Assembly (NCBI RefSeq): GCF_964355755.1
Contig: NC_092674.1
Span: 28,086,001-28,150,000, forward strand
Origin: Antedon mediterranea
Taxonomy: Eukaryota; Animalia; Echinodermata
DNA: 64,000 nt
Direction of reading: 5' to 3'
Made by a program: the position numbers and the translations under genes. Each line of letters starts with the position of its first letter. Position 1 is the stretch's first letter. This document shows positions 24,264-37,300 of this stretch, piece by piece. Below the pieces are notes generated by a model, which ran no database searches, had not been told where the DNA came from, and saw only the letters and a program-made list of their open reading frames with translations.

Positions 24264-26778
24264 TTCACAGTCATGTATTCTTAACTTGTTATATTTTATA
24301 TTTATTTGTTTACGATATTATATTATGTTTTAAGAAAATAGATGTTCTGTTGAAATGAAAATGAAATACAATTTAACACTAAGAATCTGAGATAAATAGA
24401 TATTGTTTGAAAAGGATAAAATTGATGCATTGCGCTCGTAAAAACTGTGTATATGATACAGCGAATATATAGTAATGTTTATTTATACAATTTATGTTTT
24501 TCACCTTTGAAGCAAAGTTGACATTTTCTCGAAACTTTATCTTATCTTTAAACATCCGATCACATTAATAATGTCTTAAGTACATGTTGTAATGTGTCTG
24601 GCCTTTAATTATAGCCATTCTACGTTACTGACGTGTCTGAATTGACACTTGATTTCTTGCCGAGACAGTTCAACAAGGACGTATTTGAAAGTGCATGCCG
24701 AACAGGTTCGATGCTTTTATGATCGCTTTGCCGTTTTGTTACGTTTATTCTTATTGAAACGATTTGTAGCCGCAGCACTCGGCAAACACAGTATTTGATT
24801 TTTGTGTATGAGTAATCTGGAAATAAAAGGTTTTTGTAGAAGTGGAATGCCCAGGAGATTTATTTGTTAATGGAAATAAACAAATGTCATAAACCGCTAC
24901 AGAGAGCCAAAATTGTAAAAACGGAGGTGTGCTCATCTATACACTAAGTACAGGCTGTAATTCACGTGAATTTGTAGGCCCATAGGACGGTTTGTCTTAT
25001 TTACGGTGATGGTGTCAAGAATATAGATACTTCAAGATGATAATTGTAATTACTGATAGTGATAATAACTGAACAACCTACACTTTGTTTGCAAGTATTT
25101 TTTAATGTATTTGCTGCATATTCCCAGGCTCTAACGTAACGTTTCACCTATACAGAGGGCACATTTATATTATGCGTCGACGGATTTATAGACACAGATA
25201 AAAGTACTATATGGTGGTATCAAAATGCATACAAAGTCTGGCACGCCTAGGATTTCTTACAACGACGAACTGACCATCCTATACAGGTATGATAGTAAAT
25301 TAAAACACCAGAATACTTTAGAGGACATCTCTCGAATCTGAGGTCTCAATAAATATTAGTCTTAATTAGATATTGTAGAAGCGATCTTTCTGTGGTATAT
25401 TGGTGCACCCAATTCTCTGTACTGTGTCTCCATATGTATACAATTATATGTCGAGAGCATATAGACACATTCTGCAATACAGCGTCATATGTCTCACATG
25501 TAGCACCTGTATCGTGTTAACTGTGTGGATAAGCGCATGAATGTGCGTCACATGTGATACATAAGCTATACTTTATTACAGAAGTATTTGCCTATATGAT
25601 GATACTGGACATAATTATAATATAGGCTAGTTACTGTAAAAGGTATATGTAGGCCTGTCACATAGATGTTTTAATATTACACACGTTTTGTATTATAATA
25701 TTCACAAAAAAAATTGGTGCTAATTTAAACGTGATTCTAGCCACGTACCTCGGTGAGATTCGTGGCCATTCTGTACAGACGGGTATGGTAATCACGAACT
25801 ATGCGATACACCGTTTTATGTGGCATTAATGTACAGGAGCTGTTCTCTTAAATAACACAACTTAGCAACAAAGCTTACCAACGTCTACATTATTGAGTAA
25901 ACCAAGTACGAATAATCTAACCCTGGTTCATTCTAGAAAAAAAATCTATCTCTAATCCATGGTTCACAAATCACAATATTCAGCGTTTGGTTAATCTTTC
26001 CCCACGATCTCCCCATCCCTAGTTCACTCTTTAAATATACTTTTTTAACTTCTGGTTCACTCTGTTCGGATTTAGGTCAATCTATCTTTTCCCTCCTTCA
26101 CTGCACTCTATATTATAGGGCCTATACTTTTGTTTACTCTATTTGAGTGGTAAATCTATCTTTAACTCTTGCATACCGTAGTTCACTCTTAATCGAACTT
26201 TTGCCATAGACATTATTTTCAGCTTATTTGCGTACCAACTTGTTTCTGTTTTAGGTACTATAATACCTTTTACTTCATATTTCATCTGTACATAAGGGTT
26301 CACCTTATAATAGGACTAGTTCTTTAAATACTTTTACTGCTGAGTAAAGGTTAGTTTAGTTCAATATTGATGGGCTGAAATGTATTGATGAACAAATAAA
26401 GTTCGAAATATTGAATCATAATGGCTTACCTCACTTTTTTCAGAGTTTGTTTTATATTATCAATTCTAACTTTGTATTCGTAAATAGTCAAAGGTGTTCA
26501 GTCCAGTTTAACGAGTTTTGTATTTGAATGTATTGTTTCCAAGAAGCTAAAGTTAAGTAGCGACTTGAATTGATTTGGTATTTTACTGTGTTTAACTTTA
26601 ATATCACTATTTATCTGGGTCACTTTCGTGAACCCTGTCCGGCTACGATTCCTATTATCATTTTTGTTTGATTGTTTCTTTTATAGCTTTACTCGTTATG
26701 AATGTGGTGAGACGAGGAGAGAGATAGAGATATTCTTGGCTTTCTACAACTTCTTCGTCAGCTTCGTACAATTTATAA

Positions 26779-26924
26779 AGCTCTATCTACACTATCAAAC
26801 TAGTTTGACCAAAAAAGTATGATGTGCCATGGTAGTGGTATGCTTATAGTGATGACATCATCATGTCCATATATGGGCACATCACATTTTTTATCACAAC
26901 AAGTTTGATAGTGTAGACAGAGCT
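26779..26924. mobile_element. Family-B MITE
   Basis: AGCTCTATCTACACTATCAAACT...AGTTTGATAGTGTAGACAGAGCT with TAA/TTA flanks. Confidence 0.85.
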
Positions 26925-28099
26925 TTATAACATATCCTCCATGTCCCAACTTTCTTTAGGTGTTGTGATTGATCTTCTAGGTGCTTCTTCGAAACCCACT
27001 GCATACGAATTTTAATGTAATTGCCAGATATTGAATTATTTGTTTTTCCATTATCATATTCGTAATTTCTGCACATTTTCAACAGTATTCGAGTGGCTAG
27101 TTTTGAATTTGTTCCTAAAACTTACACGTTTATTACATTTTTCATAGTAAGAAAAAGTTTAAGAGCATGTTTTCAAACGATATTCTATAATATCAAAGAT
27201 AGGGTCTCGTTTAAAAAAAATACATAATTTATTAAATTGTTTTGTTTTTCTATTATAGAAGCACAAGATATCATCGCCGTAAAATTCGACACAATCTCAA
27301 ACGTAAAACTGCTGAAAAGGACGCGAAACCTCCAGCTGACATCAAAAGGTAAGTCCCGTATACTTAGTCATTTTGAAACACATTGTGATCCAAGAATACT
27401 AGGCTTAGCTTCTTTATCTTTATGGGTGTTTTCGGGGAAATTATAACTACTGTTTTGTTAGATATTATTCAGTAATATAGCTGAAAGTAAACAGATGCTG
27501 AGAAGTACTTTTGTTTGTTTATTTGTAATGTTTTCATTTAAACCGGCCTCTTCGCTGTATAACTTGTTTGATGTTCACCCGTGAGTGCAATGAACTGGGG
27601 TCTCCAGCAATGATCTTACTCTACAGCTTTAAACTTTGGTATCATAGGTGGCGCTATAATTATTATTTCCACGTTCCTGGAAGATGGTTGACAGGGATTT
27701 TTTTTGTTTGCCTCCTACTGTACTATTCAGGCTGCTCCTTCATTACCAGTACCCCTGTCGGAGGACAATGCTGGAGGAACCAACATTTTAAGGGTACGGT
27801 GTACCGTTCCTGTGTGTCAAATTTCTCGTTTTTAGTTTATGATTTTTAGTTTGTATTATCAAGGAAGAGAGAACTCTTCCTTGGTGCGTTGTTCAAATAT
27901 TTTCATCATTACTAACTATACATAATAAAAGGACAATACTGTTTTAGGGATTTTGGGGGTTCTAGTGATCGTTTTTAGCACAAAGATTGTTTATAGGCTG
28001 CCTAGCAACGCATTAGTGTGTGTTGGAATGTATGGAATTTGATTTTACTTCTATTGGATTTTACACAATAGAATTTGTCATCAAATAATAATCCGGAAA

Positions 28100-28600
28100 A
28101 TAGCAATACTTAATAACTGATATTCATCTGTGTGGACCAATCAGAATGTGTTTAGCAAATACAGTTACGCGCGGCAGACAATACTGTTTAATATTCATCT
28201 GTGGACAAATCAGAATGCGTTTACAAAATACAGTTACGCGCAGTAACAATACTGTTTAAGCGTGGTTCCCACTAGCGACGCAACACAAGGACGTAACGCA
28301 ACGCAAGTGAATTGACCAATCACAAGCCATGGCTTATTCGCTTGTGATTGCTAACTGTCTATAACTTCGCTTGTCATTGGTTAAAACGCTTGCGTTGCGT
28401 TCTAGTGAGAACCAAGCTTTAACATTCATCTGTGGACCAATCAGAATGTGTTTACTATAGCAAATACAGGTAGGCCCGCTAGCAGCAAAACTCAATTATC
28501 TGTGGACCAATCTACGTTTAGCAAATGCAGTTACGCGCAGCAACAATACTGTTTAATATTCATCTGTGGACCAATCAAAATGCGTTTAGCAAATACACTT
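28100..28600. repeat. ~68-bp tandem repeat containing CCAAT boxes, interrupted by a MITE
   Basis: Unit ~CAATACTGTTTAATATTCATCTGTGGACCAATCAGAATGCGTTTAGCAAATACAGTTACGCG, about 5 copies. Confidence 0.8.
28259..28418. mobile_element. Family-A2 MITE
   Basis: Flanked by TTA 28256-28258 and TTA 28419-28421. Neighbouring repeat units show the empty site ACTGT-TTA-ATATTC. Confidence 0.9.
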
Positions 28601-31244
28601 CTAAGATATCCACAGTTCCTAGCCTATACGTACTCATTATACATTGTATATCATTATCATTGGATTTGATGATTGATCAATGAACCGCATTATACTCCAG
28701 TTTGGACTAATGTTATTGTAAATTAATTTCTTCACGAAACACTGATTACAGTAGGCCTAGTATTTCCCCCCCTTTTTTTTTTTTCACTTGTGGCCTACCT
28801 TTCTGTAGAATTTAGTCTATCATCCGCACACACGATGAATAGAGGCGTTTTACAGTGCGATAATGCTATACCGGTATGCTACTGTATTATGCCGTGAAAG
28901 CGCAGACCTAAATTACCTAGATCCGAGTCCAATAAAACATGAATGTACATATCTATGTAAATACAGTAGTTGTGTTTAAAAAAAAAATCATCAGCGGAAA
29001 TAATGTCAATTTGCATTGCATTGAATATATGTATTATTTGCCGCAATCGATTTGACTATGAAATACGAGAGGCATTAACAAACGTGCAATAATGTTGCGA
29101 ATTAAGAAAGAAAGAATTTATTTCGTATAATTTAATGTGATTTCAATAAAGATTCTAATTTAATCTTGACGTGATTACAAAACAAAATCTATGTATAGAA
29201 CTGGGCTAATGCTATAATGCTATAAAAAAAAATATAGGAAATTTGATTCCTGTATATTGCACATACTTCATCCAAATTGTAAAATCGGTCACAAAACAGT
29301 AAAGGGGAATGCAGTGGTATGTATTGTACAGTATACATTGTATTCTTACATAACCCCATCCCGGAATGACAAATTCGTGTATAGGCCCATTTGTTGTCGA
29401 AAAAAGGGATTTCTTAATAGGAGACTAAACAGATACTTTAATAGTCCCACATTCAACGGACAACGGTGACACAACCCTATTTTTATCAAAAGCTTATCCA
29501 TCAGCGTTTGGTACGTGCGCGCATAAACTATGTGTGCGTCTATTTTACGTCCGTGTACCCATTCTGTTAATAGGGGTCGTTGGAGTCCCGATTAATTCAA
29601 ACTGATCCAGGGGCTCCTAGCAAATTCAGTACTTTAACCGGAATTGAAAACCTTAAGCCTAAGTATATATATATATATATATATATAGAACATAAAGTTA
29701 AAAGGTAAACTTTAGATTCCAGCATAGCCTGCGTGAAACGGGTCAATTAAAAAGTTCATTTTGTGGCTAGACAATTATGAATAATAGATATAATAATAGA
29801 ATAACTCGGTGTCTCACAATGTTTCAATTGATATACACAAAGGACAATTGATCACAGGAACATTATAATAGAACTCCCTACAACTAATGTAGCTCATGTT
29901 TTGCCTCCCCTTTCATTCAAAATATTCTGATTGGTCAGTTTCGAAAGTGGTTAAAAAGCAATAAAACGATGTTTAAAAATGTAACAACAAAAGACGAAAA
30001 TGTAATAAAACAGAAAAGTATTCCATTTGTTTAGTTTATACAGTGTGGCATCTAGGTTGAAAGGGGCGCGTGTACTATTAGCGCTTACGTCACACAATAG
30101 CGCGGATAAGAAACAGACGATATAGTTAAAAGTACAGTAAGTATTTCCCTCAAATATCGATGGATATTGAACGGTATATGACTAGGCTATACTACTTGTG
30201 TGTCTGTAAAATAGTGATTCATTTGGTTGTCTGCTGCTGTACGGCATTGTTATGCCGAACCAGGTGTAACATTTTAAATCAGTTGTTTGTGTGTAGATTA
30301 AGTGGGATTTGATTATATATCTATGCTAATTGTTATGGAGTACGCATCGCCTTTTCCGACGAAGAGATCAACACGACTGCAATACAAACGCGGCAATCTT
30401 CGCTCACGACGTCTGCTGAAAAGTAAATATACCTGCGCGCTGAACAACTTGGTCTAGTGGGATTTTTCTCGGCAAAGCAAATACGAATTTAATTCAAATG
30501 AGATAAATGTTTTTCGGCGATCGGCAACTCGATACTTGAACAAGAAAAAAGGAACAATTGAGCAATAGTTGCTTGTTTGCAGAAGGGTTTTATCATCATA
30601 GAGGGTTTGTGTACGGCCATTGAGAAGGCCAAGTTCTGTAGTAGCGTTTGTAAGTTGTATTTACTGCACTTGTTGTAAAGATATATTGACGTAATATAGG
30701 CTAATCAACACGGTAAGCACTCATTAACGGTATAAGCCGACATGGATTATCTACACACAGGCGGCCTAATGACATAACGGTAATCACCTGAAGTTAATCA
30801 AGAACATAATACGTGGTTGACGTTATTTTTTTAGGAAATTCGGGAGGAAATGCAATTTCCAACTATGTTAGCTTACAATGCTGTTTGTTAGTGCTGATAT
30901 TTAGCGCGATTTTGCAGACGATATGTCACCTTTTCGGAATAAATCGACTTTTAAAGCAATATACACTTGTACTGACCTTACAGCGACTCGACCACTACCA
31001 TGTTCTACACCAAGAGTAGGCCTACGGTACACTTTACGTGATTAACTCACTGGTTGGATCAGGGAGTTGCTCCCTGGTTGGATTTTGTCGTCTGCGATAG
31101 AATAATGTTCAATATCGGACGAGAATTTCCGCTCGCACGTTCTGCTAGACACGATTTTGTGGATTTTGATAATGTGGCTCTCGTCGTTGCTAACTGGTAC
31201 GTAAAACGGATTTCATTTATCATCATACTAACCGACCTTTTTAA

Positions 31245-31396
31245 AGCATGGTTCCCACTAGAGACGCAACGCAAGGACGCAAGCCCAACGCAATCGAGTT
31301 GATCAATGACAAGCCACTGTTCGAATAATCCATCGTTTGTGATTGATCAAATCACTTAAGTTGCGTTACGTCCTTGCGTTTCGTCGGAACCCAGCT
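31245..31396. mobile_element. Family-A-related MITE
   Basis: AGCATGGTTCCCACTAG...GGAACCCAGCT with TAA/TTA flanks. Confidence 0.7.
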
Positions 31397-32222
31397 TTAA
31401 GGTAATTTTCATGGGCTCTTAGTTTTGCAATATCTTATCTCCTTTTATTAGTTTCAATCTTGGACTGTTACTGCGTATAGTTCCAACCTTTGACAGGTTA
31501 CTGGTCGAAGGTTAGATTTTTATTCCGGTCCCTTTTAAGTTTACATAATGAAACGATAGATAATGCGTTTATGTTTTATCCTAGTATGATAAAATTTGAA
31601 TTTTCCCTACTTAAACACTACATCAATTTTTCAGGATTTTTATCCATGAGCCACCGGACACCCGAATCTGGGCTCAGTGTGAACGCAGTTTAGGCCTTCT
31701 ATACAATGTTATTACTAAAGTTGTACAAAATTGGTGTAACACGCTAGCTAATTGGAGGTATTTTTTATAGAGTGACCCACCTCTCATCAGAGACCGATCA
31801 TGCTCTAGTAATATATATGTATACTACTGTATTTACTATCACAGACATTGTGTATCGATCGGAACCTCTAAGACCATGTAAAGGTCAGACTGATCATTAG
31901 AGAATGGTCAACGATCGATTGATATCGATTAATTGTCTAAAGTGAATGAAGTTATAAAAACATCCTGGGTTAATTAGTTCCACGAACAATAGAGATACAT
32001 GGGATCATCATAACTCTTTAAATGGGGTTCAAACGAAGCCGACGGCATCGTCACTGCCGACAGGAGAAACATAGAAATTTTGTATTAATAATGTAGGCGC
32101 GCCTAGCCTCTTGTTGTGCAGATTGGTAAATCTTGCATGGACATAATTTTATGACGATGAGGCTGACTAAAGTATGCATACCCCTATCCTATACACTTGG
32201 CGCGCATTAGGCACTCGAGTAA

Positions 32223-32373
32223 AGCTCTGTCTACACTATCAAACTTTATGCGACAAAACTGTGATGCCCACATGGACATGAAGATGTCATATCACTGCCA
32301 TATTTGAGTATATCACTACCATATTTGGGCACACCACACTTTTTTGTCATAGTTTGATAGTGTAGACAGAGGT
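32223..32373. mobile_element. Family-B MITE
   Basis: Family-B TIRs and 22-bp internal subrepeats. Confidence 0.85.
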
Positions 32374-34398
32374 TTTGAATAGAACTGTTCACACTACGTA
32401 TTCTGGATTCCGACTTTATACGCGCGTTCACCAAAAACGTAATCATCTGACCGAATCCGGGTCCTTGTGAACGTGGCTTTACGCTAAACCTATTTTTAGT
32501 TTATAATTTACACATTAAAACTGTTATGTGCATCATACGGAACTGAATAAGGCAATACTATTATCATTCTGTAGTTTAATGTCGAAAGTGTAAATATTGA
32601 CTGAGCTTGTCAATAGAAAATGCGCTAGATTTCATGAAAAAATCAATAATGTACTCTTTCAGTGCAAATAGTCGCAAGAAGATTATTTACCCTGGTCGGT
32701 TGATAAGTCAAAATTAAAGGCTTTGCTTCCCGGGGGATTGTACTGTGGTAAAGTCCAATAAAACGACTGCTTATAATAATCTGTTAACAATGGCCTATGT
32801 TAGCGTACTATATAATGGTGGTTCACATCAGAGTTTAGTAAGAATGTTCACACTGATTATTGATTAAACAATAACATGTAAGTCTAAAGGAACCCAGGAA
32901 AAACTACAATCAAAACCCTATAGTTACAAAGGTAGCTTACATTACCATGGAGGAATTATGTATAATAATCTTTCATGCATTTAGCAGGCAGTCATTGTAT
33001 AATAAAAAAAAATGATAACAAAATAATAAGTTTAATAGCATTATTCACACATACATATTATATTATTATATAACAATAGTTTTTTGAGTTCATTGAAAAG
33101 ACAGTCCTATAACAAGTAAAAAGGTCAGCCGTTGCTATTGAACCGTTTACACAGAAAGAATTAACGCGTTTTGTTTGCATCAAGCGTTGAACTGATTGAC
33201 TCCGTTTAACGCGTTTTTCATTCGTCGCGTTAGACACTGGTTATCATGAACGAAATTTGATTTACAAAGACATAACGACTTTATATTTGTCAAAGGATTA
33301 TTGTAGATATAACCACAGTAATATCGATTTCTGCTGTTTGAAACCGACGCTCGTCGCCAATTAAAAACCAGAAAAAAACGCTCTAAAACTCAAATATGAT
33401 ATATGCCGTGATACAATGCAATATTCACAATGATAATCCAAACAAGAAATGTCATTTCCCCCTACAAGGCCACGGTCGCTTTCTCCCGGGCATCCGTCAT
33501 AATATTGAACACGTCAGAGTGGGCCTACACTTTATTCTTCCCAAATTAATAAATGTTTTCTTACAAACAAACGCCGATGGTGGAAATCCATCAATCTTTT
33601 TGAAAAGTACGCGACCAGGGCAATAAACTCTTAACATAGAAAATATAATTTTATATTGTTAAATTAGTGAGTTAATGCGTTGCTGTACAGATGCTTAGTT
33701 TATGGGTAAATATTAATTTATTATTATTATTATTTGATGGTGCTTATAGTAAGTCTTTATTATTGTATAAGGTATACTGTATATTGCAAATTCTCGTTAT
33801 ACGAAATAAAAGCCATAAAATTGTACGATAATTATTATGTGCCAAAAAAAAGAGGGCGGTATATGAAGTTATTGGCTTGAGCATGGAGAAATAAGCCATG
33901 GCTTGAGTGAACGTTTCTTTCTTGTTTCAATTCTTCCCATTCCTAATTAACTTTTTTTTTAAATAAAGATTTTGCTAAGATATTTAAATAATATATTATT
34001 TTATTGCGACCAAATCCCAAAACATAACAATAATATTGGTTATAATTTGAAATTTACTTACTTTTTTTCATACAAATTTTAGATAAAGAGTAGGTTAATT
34101 TTTGTTTTATTTGTGTCATATTTATATTCTTGTACTAAAGGTTTTTTCGGTTTAAATTTAAAAAAAGTATGCCGTTTGACAAAGATGGTAATACTGTACA
34201 CTTAATGATTTCTTTATAAATACTGTGATATTAATAATCGTTAAGTTGTGATACTGGAAAAATGAGTGTTGCCGCCCTCTATGTGTTCTCTCCACGTTCT
34301 TACTTTTTTCTTGTCTCGAAAAAAGGAGGTAAACAAAAATGGCGAGAAATTTTGTCGAAGTCGTAGGCTATAAAAAGGGACATTAATTAGGATGAATA

Positions 34399-37300
34399 AT
34401 GGCTTACAAGTATATTTATGATGACTCTCATGAAGGCTACTATAATCGGCAGTATGATGGCCGTAATTTTGAGCAGCAGAGAAGTATTTTAGAAGAAGAA
34501 ATAAGTGACGATTGTAGTAGCTGCAGCAGTTACACGGACTCGGAGTCGTATTATTCAGACGATGAGTAAGTTGATGAGTGTCTGACTGAGGCACTACTAC
34601 TAGCCAAAGGCCCACCCTAGATAGGGGCTAGTCTTGGTCTAGCCTAGCTAGGTTAAGACTAATTAATAATAATTAACTAATTTTCGGTGTTTTTCTTTTG
34701 CCTAAATATCATAAATTAGTAGTTGCATCCAGAATAAGGCCTAGCCTAAGTACTACGCCTACAAATAAGTGTATTTTTTTACTTTATAATGTAATTATCA
34801 TCATTGATCTGATTCTGATTTAGGCCTAGGCTAATAATTGTACTTTAATTAATTTTAAATAAAAATTTTTATTATTTTTATTTTTTCGTGATTGTTTATA
34901 CATTTGTCGGGAAATTTGAAGAAAGTGCAAGTGGTTATCGACAAGGTTTACAACCATGCATGTTAAATTGTTATTTATTATTTTCCTATCTCTGCATGGT
35001 AGGTTGGCTGTTTGTCTATCTAGGCCTAGATGATAGGCTAGTAGTCGTATATATGTTTTCTTTTGTCCTGATGATAAATTACCTCCGAAACTAGCCACCT
35101 TCAATTTTTGTCAACTTCATATGTTGGCATGATGATAAATAAATATTACTGTACAGTAGCCTAGGCCTATAGGTAGTAGTATTTTATTATTTCTACTGAA
35201 TCATAATTGGTTTTAAAATAATTAGTAGTAAATAATTTCTTATATTTTTAAATTTATATAAAATATATAAAATTCTAAATACAGTAAAACGTTAAATTAC
35301 ATTTGACATTTGACTTAATAATAATAATGCACTTGTCGATTGTATGACCCACTATACTGCCCCCAGGAGAGGTGTGTCATTTGTCCAATGTGCGTCATAC
35401 CTTTATGAATACCATGACCAAAAAATTACTTTAGGTGACCATGATGCACCCATTTTGAGGGACTGTGACCATGATGTTGTTGGTGGTAAAGTGACGGACA
35501 TTGATTGATTGTTCATTGATGTACTACTTAGTTTTTTTGATGTACCCCTGCATCAATAATTATTTGTACATGACACGTGTCATATCGTCATATTGAAGTG
35601 TACATCTACAACCTACAACCTACACCAATAGAATAAATGAATTTCCCATTTGCTATACAGTATCTGGCAATCAATATTTCGAACATCTCCAAATAGTAAG
35701 ACTTTGAAAAAAAACCAATAAATTGACTTTTATGTTCTCGTAAACTGTCTTGTGAAGTACAGTATGTAAACATGTTATATGCCATGGGTTACTAGTAGCA
35801 TTGTTAATACTCTACAATAGTCATATTCAAACTGTACAGTACTGTGGGCCTATTTTATTGTTGTGTGTTATGCCATGTATATTGTAGTATGCCTGTTTTT
35901 GTTGTTGGGCTATTTTTAGTGTTTGTGCCATTTTGGTAATAGTCGCCATGCATTTTGTATGGACGATGTGTGACATACAGGAGTAGTAAAATAACAATGC
36001 GTAGTCTGCTGAATGAAGTGGGTAAATGTAGTGTTTATATTACTACTGTATGTATATGATGACTGCAAACAAAATCAATACCCAATTTTTTTTTAAATGT
36101 GTGACAGAGCTGTTAATATATACAGTATGCACTGCATTGTGGCTATCATGAATCTGTAGACAGGGGTATAGTAGCTGAAATGAAAAATAAACTACTTTTT
36201 CATCTATTTTTGACAAACTATATATTATAATATGTTGATGCTCCCAATTAAAGATGTATTGTCCCCTGAAAAAATTATTCTAAAAAAAAAATTGTTTGAA
36301 TACATGCCATTTTAATGTCACATTATAGTTATTATCCATTTTGACCAAAAATTGAATAGAAGATAAATGTATTTGCCTGAAGAAACTGTAATTTACCAAA
36401 ACATAGTTTTGCCAGCCAGGGCGGTTTTTGGTTGAATTTTACCATTTATTTTGTCATTTTATAAATGAAAACATTTTTTTTCCAATTTTTTTTCTATGAA
36501 AGTGATTAACGTGATTAAAACTACAAATATCCAAAGTCTGATTTAATTAATCTTATTTTTTATGTTTTTGGGCGACAATACATCTTTAAACAAATATTTC
36601 TGGGTCCATTAGTAGTAGAGGATCTATCCAAGTGTCCTAAAGTTTGTGTTTAAACTTGCGACCAATAGGCATACAGTATGTCATATTGATGAATGTAGGT
36701 TGAGGTGTAAAGTGCACAGCAGTCACAAACTGATATTTATCACATGTCCTAATAATAAGCGTGATTAATCGTTCAACATTGAATTTATTTCAATCCATGT
36801 TGTCAGAATCAAATGTGTATAAATGAATCACTTATATTTATGGTAGCGCTCTAAATCTGAAACTACTAAACATGCATAAATTATTTTCCAGTCCAAGACC
36901 TCTCAACACGGCATGATTGTTTTACGAATTCAATATTTCACAAGAATTCCTTCCAATTTGAAACATAAAATTGAACAGTAGTTTTTTTAAACAGGTTTTA
37001 ATAACGATGTTAAGGACTTTAAATATTTAATTTTTTTTACAGTGGTCTGGAACCAGTGTGGGCAGGTGCTGTACAACCAAAAGGTGACCTTTTCTTTATT
37101 GATCCTGGCCGTACTTCTTCGGAAAAAGTCGCAAAGTCTGCGCAAATAAACGGAACACCAGAACCTACCAAGAACAAACTCCATGCATTGAAAAAGAAAA
37201 TAGTCAGACGAAAAAATGGCGCCTTGCAAAAACATTTACCGGACTTCAACCACAATGGTACTGTCATCACTAACAACTATGCTAAGGTCACACTGCGAAA

